The notes below the pieces were generated by a model. That model saw nothing but the letters and a program-made list of their open reading frames with translations, had not been told where the DNA came from and ran no database searches. A program made the translations under genes and the position numbers. DNA of 64,000 bases from Octopus sinensis. Taxonomy: Eukaryota. This document shows positions 39,834 through 52,380 of this stretch, piece by piece (positions within the stretch are counted from its first letter, which is position 1; every line of letters begins with the position of its first letter). The stretch lies in assembly GCF_006345805.1 (NCBI RefSeq), contig NC_043019.1:23931360-23995359 (forward strand), given 5' to 3'.

Positions 39834-41042
39834 ATATACGTATATATATATATACGTGTGTGTGTACTGTGAGGATATGTGTGTGTGTCTGTGTGCGTGT
39901 GAGTGTGTGTGGAAGTGTAAGTACGTGCGTGTTTTTGTACATGTGTGTGCGTGTGTATGTGTGTGTTGTATGTGTGAAGGGTTGTATGTGTGGAGTGTTG
40001 TGCGTAGAGGGTTGTGTGTGTGTGGAGGTATGTGTTCGTGCGTAAGAGGGAGACAGAGGTGAGATGGAGTGTGTGTAGGTGCGCTGGTGTAGCCAGGGGT
40101 GTGGGTATTATGTAGGTGGACGTGTGTGTGTGTGTATGTGTGAGCGTGTGTGTGCGCGCACCTGTGGTGTGTGTGTACGTGTGTGGATGTGCGTATAGTG
40201 TGTGCGGTGTGTGGCATAGGAATATAAAATATAAAAAATAATACAAATAGATGGTGAAAATTAATGAAAAATAGTGAAAAATAATACAAATAAATGGTGA
40301 AAAGTAAAAATTATGAAAAATAAAAATAAATAATGAAAGATAAAAATTTGTAGTAATAAAACAATAAATGTGAATAAATCAATAACAGAAGAAAAGAAAA
40401 ACGTTAACAGAAATAGAATCTGTAAAAGAAAAAGAAAGAAAAAATTATTTAAAAAATAATTTATAAAAAAATTATAGAACATAAACGAATAAAAAAGATT
40501 GAGTAAAATGTGTTTTTTTTTAGGGCGTGTGGGGAAAATCACAAAGAGGAGGGGGTTGTATTGAGTCCGAAAGGAGTTTGAGTACGTAGAGTGAAAATGT
40601 ACCGCTGTTCCACGCGGAGTCTAGAAATGGTGGATCCATAGTGTAGGGCAAGGCCGAAGACGGTGAGATCTGAGGTAGAGTTGTTGGTCAAGCGAAAATG
40701 ACGGGCGACGGGGGTGTTCTTACATAGTCGAACGTCTCGTAGGTGTTCTGTGAACCGATCGGCACACACGTTGCCACACACACACACACACCGCACGCAT
40801 ACACAGCACCACACGCTACCATGCACACACACACGCACACACACACATGCTCACCATTTTCACACTCTCCTGTCCCAGAAAGCACTTTCTCTTCATTCCT
40901 GCTACTTCCGGTCACTTCAGAAATGTAACCGTTCGTGACCGTTGTCGATTTTATTTTCCTTCGTCTTGGACTTTCTTGTTTTCCTGTTTCCGAAGAAGAG
41001 CTATGCTCGAAATGTAAAACTACTACACTTTTCTTTCTCTGA
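39200..41042 (-). mobile_element. 5'-truncated Penelope-like element with inverted terminal copy
   Basis: GIY-YIG C-terminal peptide on - strand; 39200-39475 and 40763-41042 are ~275-bp inverted repeats with both 3' ends facing outward. Confidence 0.8.
40539..40765 (-). pseudogene. C-terminal fragment of Penelope-type GIY-YIG endonuclease
   Basis: ADRFTEHLRDVRLCKNTPVARHFRLTNNSTSDLTVFGL...RLRVEQRYIFTLRTQTPFGLN matches the R..EH...PVA.HF...DL.V...E...I..L.T..P.GLN pattern. Confidence 0.85.
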
Positions 41043-41248
41043 TGGTATAAACACTAACAGGAATTTAACCCACATGGATTTACGCAGGATTGCACCCAAG
41101 GACTTATGGACTTATTTCTACAAGATCGGAAGTTTGAACTGTGAGATTTTATGCTTCTTTTTTCTTCTGTTTCTTCATCTCCTTATTCCTTACCCCTGTC
41201 CTCTATGCTGTCATTTCATTAATCTGTACCATTCTCATTTTCCCTATT

Positions 41249-41306
41249 TGTCTCCGATGACGGAACATCCCATACTTTGGGATATCCCAGAAACAGCTGT
41301 AAGATA
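41249..41306 (+). ncRNA. Degenerate type I hammerhead-like motif
   Basis: tgtct-CCGATGA-cggaacatccca-tactt-tgggatatccca-GAAAC-AGCT-GTA-agata; core has C at position 4 and stem II has mismatches. Confidence 0.45.
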
Positions 41307-41655
41307 TTTAATTTTTTTCCAATAATAATAATGATGTATATGACTTGAGATGTTTGCCTTGCCTTAACGTTTGTTGTCCTCATTAGCAATTGTATATTCG
41401 CCATATCGGAAATCTGCAACGGTTCCATTATTGCAGTCTCGGCTATAACCTTGGAGCACTAGTAATCCGTTACAGCACTTACCTAGCATACCTAGTCGTT
41501 TAGATCACCTGTGAACTAAACCCCCATATTTTGTGTGTCCATGTATGTATGTATGTATGTATGTATGTATGTATGTATGTATGTATGTATGTATGTATGT
41601 ATGTATGTTCACACACACACACATACACATACACACACACATATATATATATATA

Positions 41656-41910
41656 TAATAAATTAATAAATAAATAAAACATATACATATATACATACAT
41701 ATATGTACGTACCTACCTCTACATGTATATATACATGCATATATGGGTACAGGACACCAAAAAAAAAAAAAACGTCGAACACAATGAGAAACGAAAACAT
41801 AAACACAAACCAAGGAAATGGACATTTTTTTAAACAACGAAAAAATAGAGTACAGGACATACAATACAAGGAAAATTCCCCTTCTTCAGTCGCCTTAATT
41901 TCATCTACTC
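41656..41910. repeat. Direct-repeat copy of 38310-38559
   Basis: High identity by eye (gtacgtacctacctctacatg...ggaaaattccccttcttcagtcgcc). Confidence 0.9.
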
Positions 41911-42380
41911 CACATTTCGAAGGTCAAGGCGATACATAACTTCAATGAAAATTTCCTTCCCGCGAAAATCAAATTAAATAAAATTTGAGATTTTTTTTGC
42001 GGAGGGGTAAAAATGGTAACAAAAACAGGACAGTAACGACAGTACAAATTATAAACAGTAAAAGACAGGACACGGAGAATAACAGTAACACAAACAAGAA
42101 GGGCTGTTAAGCCAAACGAGATAAAATTTTTTTACGAACGCTATTGTTTGAGGACGGCAGAGAGCAACAGATATTACCGTCTCTACTTGAAGGAGGCCAG
42201 GAGAAGAAAGACAGAAATAGCCATCTCATCACGTGACCGCGACGGGAAATAGATGGAATGCCTGGTGTGTGTCTTGTGGTTACCCGCCTAAAAAAATATG
42301 AGGAATGGACCTGGGAATATATATAAAAAAGAAAAGATATTTGATTAATGAGAGAGATGGAAAATAAGAGAAGGTTTATT

Positions 42381-42488
42381 GACCTCTACAATTGTTTCGA
42401 CTCATCTATCATAGGTCCCTCATAAGTGGGATATTGTGCAACTGGTTTTGGAGTATCTGACGGTGTATATGTGTCTCTTCAGGTGATT
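42381..42488 (-). ncRNA. Type I hammerhead ribozyme (predicted), long stem II
   Basis: Reverse complement: aatcac-CTGAAGA-GAC...~70 nt...GTC-GAAAC-AATT-GTA-gaggtc; G-C at base of stem II; palindromic ACAATTGT; GUA triplet; stem I has one A.A mismatch; AATAAA just downstream. Confidence 0.65.
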
Positions 42489-43299
42489 ACGAGATGTATC
42501 TCGTTAAATAACGTCTGTTCCGCGAGTTTTCTTCTCGGTATGCGTATACAAAAGCAGCAAATTAAGTGATACGACTTCATTATTATAGAAGATCAATAAA
42601 AATCAGTTACAAAAAGATCTGATCTTTGCGTCGGATGCAATAAGAAACAAATACACAAAACATCGGAAAAAGTATTAGATGTAATCGTTAGCAGATATGG
42701 ATGCAAAAACGCCCTCTCTTAGGTTGTATGACTCACATACACCCGCCATGCAATTTCAGCTGGAGGAATAGGTCGATGTAATGGACTCCAGTACACAACT
42801 AGAATTTAGTTCATCGATTCCGAAAAGTATTTTACCCGGAGTGCCAACGATTTTACCGGCTCGCCGCCTTAAATGTGTATGTTAAATATTCACGAATAGA
42901 AAAGATTTCTTCATACTCCAAATATACGCCACCCATATTGCGTTTGATATTACTGTTTTCATTTACGATATAATTGCGGGAAAGAAAATTTCGATTATAT
43001 TTAGTATTGAGAAAACTTCTTTTATATTTGAGACTTTTGTGATCGTGTAGAGCGAAAATTAAATGTTAGTGTAGCTATGAATGGTAAATCTCGAAAAGCA
43101 GGCGGACCTAAGACAATCCTACAGGATTGTGAAACTAATAGGAATGTAAAGAACATTAAATACGTGTAGCAAAAGAGAAAAAGAGAAAACAAACAAGTAA
43201 ATAAATAGATAAATAAATGTATAAAGAAATAAAGTGAATTTGGTGGACGAAAAACCATTGAACACGCAAACATATATACACACACATACAGCCATTACA

Positions 43300-43313
43300 T
43301 ACATACGTAGTAC

Positions 43314-43345
<32 letters not shown>

Positions 43346-43666
43346 TGTATGTATGTATGTATGTATGTATGTATGTATGTGTGTGTGTGTATATATGTAT
43401 GTATGTATGTATGTATGTAAGTTTGTATGTATGAATGTATGTATGTATGTATGTATGTATGTATGTATGTATGTATGTATGTGTGTGTATGTAGTATGTA
43501 TGTATGTATGTATGTATGTAAGTTTGTATGTATGAATGTATGTATGTATGTATGTATGTATGTATGTATGTATGTATGTATGTATGTATGTGTGGTGTGT
43601 GTATGTATGTATGTATGTGTGTGTATGTATGTATGTATGTATGTACATATGTATGTACGTGTGTGA

Positions 43667-43700
<34 letters not shown>

Positions 43701-44181
43701 GTGTTTGTGTGTTTTGTGTGTGTCACTTGACAGCGGTGTTTGTACCTTCATTGTAATTTCGTAACAGCGGTTCTGCATGAAGGGTGAATAAAGAATAAGC
43801 ACCAGACTTCAGAAGGGTAACAGAAAATAGATAAATAGATAATTAACTTCTGTTTCTCAGGCCAAACCCACCAAATATTGATAAAAAACAACAGAAAAAC
43901 AATAACTAAGGGAGCTTATCGCTGCTTAATTTTATCCAAGGGAGATAATTCATAGTAATCCAATTTCATTCCTTCTCCGATTAAATAAATTTTTAGGGTG
44001 CTTCTCCGTGGGTGTTCAATCTACAAGAAATAGCAGCCACATCAACCTATCTAGCTATGTATGTATGTATGTATGTATGTATGTATGCATGTATGTATGT
44101 ATGTATGTATGTATGTATGTATGTATGTATGTATGTATGTATGTATGTATGTATGTATGTATGCATGCATGCATGCATGTA

Positions 44182-44217
<36 letters not shown>

Positions 44218-44390
44218 TGTATGTATGTATGTATGTATATATGTATGTATGTATGCATGCATGTATGTATGTATGTATGTATGTATGTATGTATGTATGT
44301 ATGTATGTATGTATGTATATATGTATGTATGTATGCATGCATGCGTGTATGTATGTATGTATGTATGTATGTATGTATGTATGTATGTAT

Positions 44391-44423
<33 letters not shown>
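43300..44423. repeat. Compound (TATG)n/(TG)n/(TA)n microsatellite block, representative of many in the window
   Basis: Direct reading; such tracts account for the MYVC/HTYI/IY-repeat ORFs in the track. Confidence 0.95.
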
Positions 44424-44425
<2 letters not shown>

Positions 44426-44561
44426 GAGTAAACTATTGAAAGAAAAAGGCATTTAACACATGTAGTAGGAGTTACATGTATTATTTGACACAATTTGATT
44501 GAAGCTGTTTTAAATCATATATAAATATATATATACATATATATATATACATATATATATA

Positions 44562-44627
<66 letters not shown>

Positions 44628-44649
44628 TATATTATATATATATATATTA

Positions 44650-44684
<35 letters not shown>

Positions 44685-44718
44685 CGTAAACGTATATGCA
44701 TGCATGTATGTATGTATG

Positions 44719-44772
<54 letters not shown>

Positions 44773-44905
44773 TGAACAAATGAAAGAAAAAGGCATTTAA
44801 CACATTTAGTAGGAGTTACATGTATTATTTGACACAGTTTGATTGAAGCTGTTTTAAATCATATATAAATATATATATACATATATATATACATATATAT
44901 ATATA

Positions 44906-44940
<35 letters not shown>

Positions 44941-45110
44941 GTATATGCATGTATGTATGTATGTATATATGTATGTATGTATTATGTATGTATGTATATA
45001 TGTATGTATGTATGTATGTAGTATGTATGTATGTATGTATGTGTGTATGTATGTATGTATGTATGTATGTATGTATGTATGTATGTATGTGTGTATGTAT
45101 GTATGTATGT
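44424..45110. repeat. Tandem duplication, ~344-bp period
   Basis: atgagt..gaaagaaaaaggcatttaacacat..tagtaggagttacatgtattatttgacaca at 44424 and 44768. Confidence 0.9.
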
Positions 45111-45179
45111 ATGCGCGTGTGTGTGTAAAAGCAACGTATTTGCACAATTTCTCTCACAACTGATTTCGATTTCAAAATT

Positions 45180-45560
45180 TATATATTATCGATGAGGATA
45201 AATCTCTCTTTTCTTCCACGATACTAGTATGAGAAAGTTTCTTCAATCAGCTACGTCTACCAATTTGTTATTTTGTAGATGTGGGTAAGTTACTGTGGCA
45301 ATGGTAGCGTTCGTTATACCTTCCTTAAATTTCGGGTAACATCATCCAAATAAAGTCTAAAAGTCTTGACAAGGCACAATAAATTTGGACTTGTTTCAAG
45401 AAGTGAGGCCCCTAAAATACCAGCAGAAACAATCTTTCAGCTGTACAACAGGCGTTTCTCTTTTCTGTGTATTGTTAGTGGTGGCCAACCAACATAATCT
45501 TTGGTACCAGTGAGGCTGTTCTTGCTGTAGCTATTTCTGTACGTGTAAGGGTTTTATTTT
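45180..45560 (-). pseudogene. Possible decayed Penelope-type RT remnant
   Basis: Broken frames give GASLLETSPNLL, FRLYLDDV and VEEKRDL in the order expected for PLE RT motifs; weak. Confidence 0.3.
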
Positions 45561-45830
45561 TGTGTGGAGAGAAATGTTATTTTGTAGGTAGGAGCGATCT
45601 CGGGAGATTTCTATTTGGATGCGATTTTTCATGTCATGGTAGAGATTTTAGGCAACGAACATGGCTTCTCGCATGTTCCTGGTTATTTGCATTTTTAGTA
45701 TTTTAGTTTCGTCGTTTGTGATAGTAGCCTCTGTACAATTTATTGTAATGTGTAATGTGATGCTTTGTGTACTTTGTAGATTATTGTTTTTTGTTGTCGG
45801 AGAAATTAGAGATCCAGATAGTACTGAAGT

Positions 45831-46212
45831 GGAAGCACTCCGTCGGTTACGACGACGAGGGTTCCGGTTGATCCGAATCAACGGGACAGCCTGCTCGGGA
45901 AATTAACGTGTAAGTGGCTGAGCACTCCACAGACACGTGCACCCTTAACGTAGTTCTCGGGGATATTCAGCGTGACACAGAGAGTGACAAGGCCGGCCCC
46001 TTGAAATACAGGTACAACAGAAATAGGAAGTAAGAGTGAGAGAAAGTTGTGGTGAAATAGTACAGCAGGGATCACCACCATCCCCTGCCGGAGCCTCGTG
46101 GAGCTTTAGGTGTTTTCGCTCAATAAACACTCACAACGCCCGGTCTGGGAATCGAAACCACGATCCTATGACCGAGAGTCCACTGCCCTAACCACTAGGC
46201 CATTGCGCCTCC
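45831..46212 (-). mobile_element. tRNA-headed SINE family C, tail variant 2, full length
   Basis: Same head as 14638; different 3' body (gaactacgttaagggtgcacgtgtctgtggagtgctcagcc...ccctcgtcgtcgtaaccgacggagtgc); 9-bp TSD tactgaagt at 45822-45830 and 46217-46225. Confidence 0.9.
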
Positions 46213-47539
46213 CCAATACTGAAGTAGCCTACTTATGAACCATCTAATGCATTTCTTGTTCTCCAATATTGTAGTTACCTTCTGCGGGTCAAATAACTTA
46301 CCTGTGAATGCTCGCAGTATGATTGTGCATCATTTTGATTACGTTGCTGTCTCCTGTGATGCATTGTGACACTTTGTGGAGGAGTTGTATGTAACTTCCA
46401 ATATTCCTTTCTTCTGTGTAAGAAATACATTTATGGTGTTGACTGTCACGGTTGGTTGTATTAAATATTCTTTGGTAGTTCTAGTAATAAGGGAGACTGG
46501 ATTTGGTGGGTGGTACCTGAAGTCTGTCGTGAAGCCATGTCTAAAGGATTCTACTAGAATTGGAATAGTCGTGTAACAATGTCTGAAGATTGATAGGAAG
46601 ATATGATGTTGCTGCCATCGTGGTATGAGACTGCCTGTATGTTTTGGGAAGTTGTGGGCAGGTTTGTTTATATATTTATAAGTTAAATAAAGTAGATGGG
46701 AGGACTGGTCAACCCTGCCAGCGTTATTTTCCTCCCATTTTAAAGTGGTGGTGAGTACTTTTTGTATTATTTGTGGAGAGCAGGGAATGGAATCAAATGG
46801 TTTGTTGGTGTTGATGATGGTGACAATGATACATATGCAAGAATTTGGTCGTTGAGGCTATCGTAATCTTTTAGTTTCTTAAATTGGGGAGAAATACGGT
46901 GGTTGAGTTTAATGGTTTGAATACAAACGGGGGTTTAGAGAGAAGATGCAGGGATTAGCGAGCTCAAGGATTAGCATTTCTCGAATGTTCGACGAGGCTA
47001 GGCTGAGGTAGTTGATGATTGTGTGATGTTACTCGAGGCTTTTCTTCTTTTTATTTTGGTGTCAGTACGCTTTAAAATTGGTGTCATTTGGTTCAACTTC
47101 CGGATTCTAGGGATTTGACAGTGTTGCTATTATTGCAGACGAATGCAGTGAATACTTCAGATTCTCTACTTGTCCTGCAAATTGTATACTTTGTTATCAC
47201 CGAGTGTGCGTGCGCACGCGCGTGTTTATGATGAAAGGGACGGTTAAAATTCCTGGTCAAGGTTGAAGGTGCACAGTTTTCGTTTTGTGTTCCTATCTGA
47301 TTTGAGTGGACTTTGGTGGCTGATTGTGGAGAAATACGTCGTAAGGTGTTTGCTTGGTGTTATTGTTTGGAGACGTCATTTGAAATTGTTATTGTCACGT
47401 GACCTACGATGTAAGCAATGTTGTTACTGGAAGTCATAACTCTTTCTGCTATATCAATTTTACTATTGCCATTTACGTTAGATACATGTTTTTTTCCCAG
47501 TTATCTATCTCTGTTTGTCCCTGTCTGTCTGTATGAATG

Positions 47540-47700
<161 letters not shown>

Positions 47701-47781
47701 AAAAAATATTAGGGAATAAATCCAAACTTACAGGGAAAAATCAGATTTAGGATTGAATCCAATTTTATAGTAAAATATTAT

Positions 47782-47906
47782 ATTATATTAAATTAGAGAC
47801 AAAACCGCTATTAAGCAAATCATACAATGAAAAACTTAAGTCAATGACTTAAGTTTTTCATTGTATGATTTGCTTAATAGTGGTTTTGTCTCTAATTTAA
47901 TATAAT
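47782..47906. repeat. 62-bp-arm palindrome with 1-nt loop
   Basis: Arms 47782-47843 and 47845-47906, one mismatch; unfolded homolog at ~1519-1578. Confidence 0.95.
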
Positions 47907-49121
47907 GTATATATATATATATATATATGATTCGATTCTAGGGTGAAAGACATCAGTTACCATAAAACTATCTTATATCAGATCGGTTGATTTGAAGTGC
48001 TTTTGGATATGGAAGGTATTGGACATGTGGTACATAATATTGGTTAGACTGGCCTGACGATCGAAAAGCGACAGTAGCAGTTTGGTTAAAGTTTGCTTTA
48101 GAAAGAACTGAATGGTATTTGAAATGCTTATTTCTTTATGAAGTGTACGGATCGGTGATGTTATTAAATACTGAAGCGAGTTCGGACAGGTAAAATACTC
48201 GACAGCAGATACCTTCTGAGGAGCAAATGGCGGAAGTTATTTTGTTGCTATTATCCTGACGAGTGAGAAAAGTGATATGGAAAGTGAAGATTGCTCAGAC
48301 ACCACTTTTCACTTGTAATGTAGTATATCGCCTGGATGGACTTTAATAACTAAAGCTGGATAGCCATGTTAGTTGGTTCGGAGCTCATCTCTTATTGTCT
48401 TAGTTTTATGTTGATAATTATTCAATATTTTTTCCAAAGTCAATTATCACTATGTAGACAGACAGTCGAATCTACACCAGGTGTCACTGTAGGATTTGAA
48501 GTTAACTGATTCTATCCTAGTTGTTATTGTAGCGATTCACAGTTGATTCTGTTCCAGTTATCACCCTGCAAATGTATAGACTGTTGATTCTATGATAGAC
48601 ATTTTTAATTGGAGGATAGACATATTTAATTGCTGGAATCGACCTATATATATCATTGATATTTTATCATGCTGGGGTTGGGAGTAACCTGACATTTTCA
48701 AATCAAGAAGCAGAAGATTCTGCATAAAAGTGAAAAAATGAACTAAGCCGAGCTTACTATATTATTAATTACATATTTGACTCCAAGCTAAAATTTTACA
48801 CGCAGCATTTACATTTATGAAATGTTGACACCCACTGCTAAATATGTAAAAAAGAAAGATAACTTGCCCTAAAGGGTAAAAATATATAAGTTACCTCCCT
48901 TACACCTAGTTACTCTTACTACAAGCGTTCGTCATTTACAGGCTGTCATTGGTGGCGCCCTAATCTGATAGAGTTTGTGAGGAGATGAAACTTAGCAGCT
49001 TGGAACCGTTTTATTTTGTTGGTATTTATTGCAACAATAGCAAATGTCACAAGTCGACAAAAGTAATCTATATAAAATTGTTGAACACACACAAGCATGC
49101 ACGCACGTACGCACACATGCA

Positions 49122-49199
<78 letters not shown>

Positions 49200-49478
49200 C
49201 TAATTATTTATTGATATAACACTATAATGTTTGCTTAAGTACAGGTATGCCATTTTTCACTCTACCCACCAAACTATTTGCATTTTCAACCAGGTGAACT
49301 AAAGTATTTCAATATTATTGTTTAAAAATTTTCTGAATATACAAACACTTTCATTATATTTTTTTCAGAAACGTCTCATTTTCCCTGATCGTCCCAAAAT
49401 GGCCAACGAGAAACTACGAGTATCCATTTGTCATATTTCAGCATCCAGAACATTATATCACTCGATATTAGTCTTTAA

Positions 49479-49710
49479 AGGCGGTGAGCTGGCGGAAACA
49501 TTAGCGCGCCGGACGAAATGCTTAGCGGTATTTCGTCTGCCGTTACGTTCTGAGTTCAAATTCCGCCAAGGTCGACTTTGCCTTTCATCCTTTCGGGATC
49601 GATTAAATAAGTACCAGTTACGCACTGGGGTCGATATAATCGACTTAATCCGTTTGTCTGTCCTTGTTTGTCCTCTCTGTGTTTAGCCCCTTGTGGGTAG
49701 TAAAGAAATA
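49479..49710 (+). mobile_element. SINE family A, full length, 15-bp TSD
   Basis: TSD gatattagtctttaa at 49464-49478 and 49711-49725. Confidence 0.95.
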
Positions 49711-49869
49711 GATATTAGTCTTTAATCAGTCTTGTTTCCACGTCATTATGTATGTATGTATGTATGTATGTACGTACGAGTGTGTGTGTATGTGTGTGTG
49801 TGTTACCATCAAAACAGAACGGTCCGATGAATTCTTTTGATAATATTCCCTATACTTCAAAACCTGTAG

Positions 49870-50340
49870 AGTTAACATGATGTAAATCGGTCTCTCTGTA
49901 CATGCTATTGTGACGGTTAACTGAGCCATTCATTTAAATGTCCCCCTCCTCATCCCTAACAATCTTTGTTGGAATACGTGTATCGTTTGCGCATCTTGCC
50001 AATACCAATTGCAAACTATCACCCTTCGGTTCAGATCATCTTCGTTGACAGTATGAACTATTCTTGGAATGTAATTATTCCAATGATAGCGCTTTAACAT
50101 GCGAGAGACGCATCATTTTTAAATTCCTATTTTACTTCTCGCTTATTGCACAGATTTCTTAAACTCTGGCAAAAAGTTTCTATTAAGCTTTTTGGGTTTG
50201 TAGCACTCGTCGATGTCCGCAGTCTTCTGGAGCCTTTCTTGTGAACATTCTGAAAAGTTCCATCCGCTTCTAATTTATCTCTAATCCGAATGATCGTAAG
50301 TCACGTTTCAGCAACTCTTTAGTTACGCTTCATTTGCTCA
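49870..50340 (-). mobile_element. Decayed Tc1/mariner-superfamily transposase fragment
   Basis: EADGTFQNVHKKGSRRLRTSTS, VNEDDLNRRVIVCNWY, KIVRDEEGTFK.MNGSVNRHNSMY (pattern WSDEA.F.LNG.VNRHN). Confidence 0.6.
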
Positions 50341-50456
50341 CAGCTTATTCTATGTCCCTTCAATATTTCTAACAGGTTAAATTTTAAAAAGAAAAGAAAA
50401 TTAAGTGAGTCCTTAGCTCTGAAAAAGTGTATACAAGTTTTAGGACCAACCTGTAT

Positions 50457-51502
50457 CTACCTACCTACCTACCTGCCTACCTACCCACCTACATGCCAAC
50501 CTACCAACCTACCTACCAACCTACCTACCTACCTACCTACCTACCTACCTACCTACCTACCTACCTACCTACCTACCTACCTACTACCACCTACCTACCT
50601 ACCTACATACCTACCTACCTACCTACCTACCTACCTACCAACCTACCTACTTACCTACCTACCAACCTACCTACCTACCTACCTACCTACCTACTTACCT
50701 ATACCTACCTACCTACCTACCTACCTACCTACCTACCTACTTACCTACCTACCTACCTACTTACCTACCTACCAACCTACCTACCTACCTACATACCTAC
50801 TTACCTACCTACCTACCTACCTACCTACCTACCTACTACAACCAACCTACCTACCTACCTACCTACCTACCTACCTACCTACCTACTTACCTACCTACAA
50901 ACCTACCTACCTACCTACCTACCTACCTACATACATACCTACCAACCTACCTACCTACCTACTTACCTACCTACCTACCACAAATACTACCTACCTACTT
51001 ACCTACCTACCAACCTACCTACCTACCTACCTACCTACCTACCAACCTACCTACCTACAAACATACCTACCTACCTACCAACCTACCTACCTACCTACCA
51101 ACCTACCTACCTACCTACCTACCTAACTACCTACCTACCTCTCTATAACTACCAACCTACCTACCTACCTACCTACCTACCCACCTACCCACTTACCTAC
51201 CTACCTACCTACCTACCTACCTACCTATCTACCTTGCTACCTACCTACCTACCTACCTACCTACCTACCTACCTACCCACCTACCCACCAACCTACCTAC
51301 CTACCTATACCAACCTACCTACCTACCAACCTACCTAACCTACCTACCTACCTACCTACCCACCTACCCACCTACTTACCTACCTACCTACCTATCTACC
51401 TTGCTACCTACCTACCTACCTACCTACCTACCCACCTACCCACCTACCCACCAACCTACCTACCTACCTATACCAACCTACCTACCTACCTACCTACCTA
51501 CT
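50457..51502. repeat. ~1-kb imperfect (CCTA)n microsatellite
   Basis: Direct reading; source of the spurious 303-aa YLPT-repeat ORF. Confidence 0.98.
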
Positions 51503-51941
51503 TATCTATATATCTATGTTTACAATGTGTTCTTTCGGTCTGTAGCATTTTGCCAAGAGGTATCTTCACTGGCAAGCGTCCTGGTATGTATTATACAGAC
51601 ATATGAGATCAACACAAGATCATGTTGAGGTCGTTGAATGAGTCTGGGTCATGAATATTTTGCAGAAGTTCTCTGAGATTTAATTAGCTTATCAAAACTT
51701 CTTCTTTAGATGCCATATCTCCAAAAAGCTAGAGTTTTCAGATATCATGGAAAATAGAAAGAATTATTCTATCGTTTCCCCCCTCAAATATGGTTATACT
51801 TCAAAAATAATAATGCTCTATGAATTTGGAATACATTAAAGCATTTTAGATTAAAACATAATATATTACAATATTATATAATACTTACGTTTATATATTC
51901 GTTTTGCAAGATTCTTGATGTGAAACCGTGTGTCGAAACAG

Positions 51942-52206
51942 ATATTGTTGAATTTGGGGATGGTCATGTTGCCAGTTTATCCAAAGAAAACAGAGGCACT
52001 ATATATTTGGTGTTAATTTGTTTCAGTTTTATTTTATATTAATCGTATTTCAGCCACTGATAAGGTCACAGAAGTGTGACGAAGTAACTCTGGAACAAAA
52101 TACGATTAATATAAAATGTAGCTGAAGCAAATTAACACCAAATATATAGTACGTGTGTTTTCATTGGCTAAACTGGCAACATGACTGTCCCCAAATATAA
52201 CAATAT
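51942..52206. mobile_element. MITE-like element with ~90-bp imperfect inverted arms
   Basis: tttggggatggtcatgttgccagttta...ctatatatttggtgttaatttg vs caaattaacaccaaatatatag...taaactggcaacatgactgtccccaaa; related fragment near 60430-60465. Confidence 0.65.
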
Positions 52207-52380
52207 TATATAATACGTTATTGGAATAAATTAAAACTGTATTATTTGGAATATTTAAAACATAATCTATTAAAATCTGATTGATTTAGCAATATGAACG
52301 CGAAACAATGAGAGACTAAATAATTTTCTGTCTTCTGTAGTAGCTGAAACGGGTTGTTAACTGTTTGAAGGTATGGCTTT

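Noticed and set aside
46302-46413. Minus-strand segment with good AG and GTAAGT sites
   Set aside because: Lies in what appears to be decayed mobile-element sequence; 112 nt, two open frames, no homology
50427-51338. 303-aa ORF, the longest in the track
   Set aside because: Pure translation of (CCTA)n (YLPT repeats); no coding complexity
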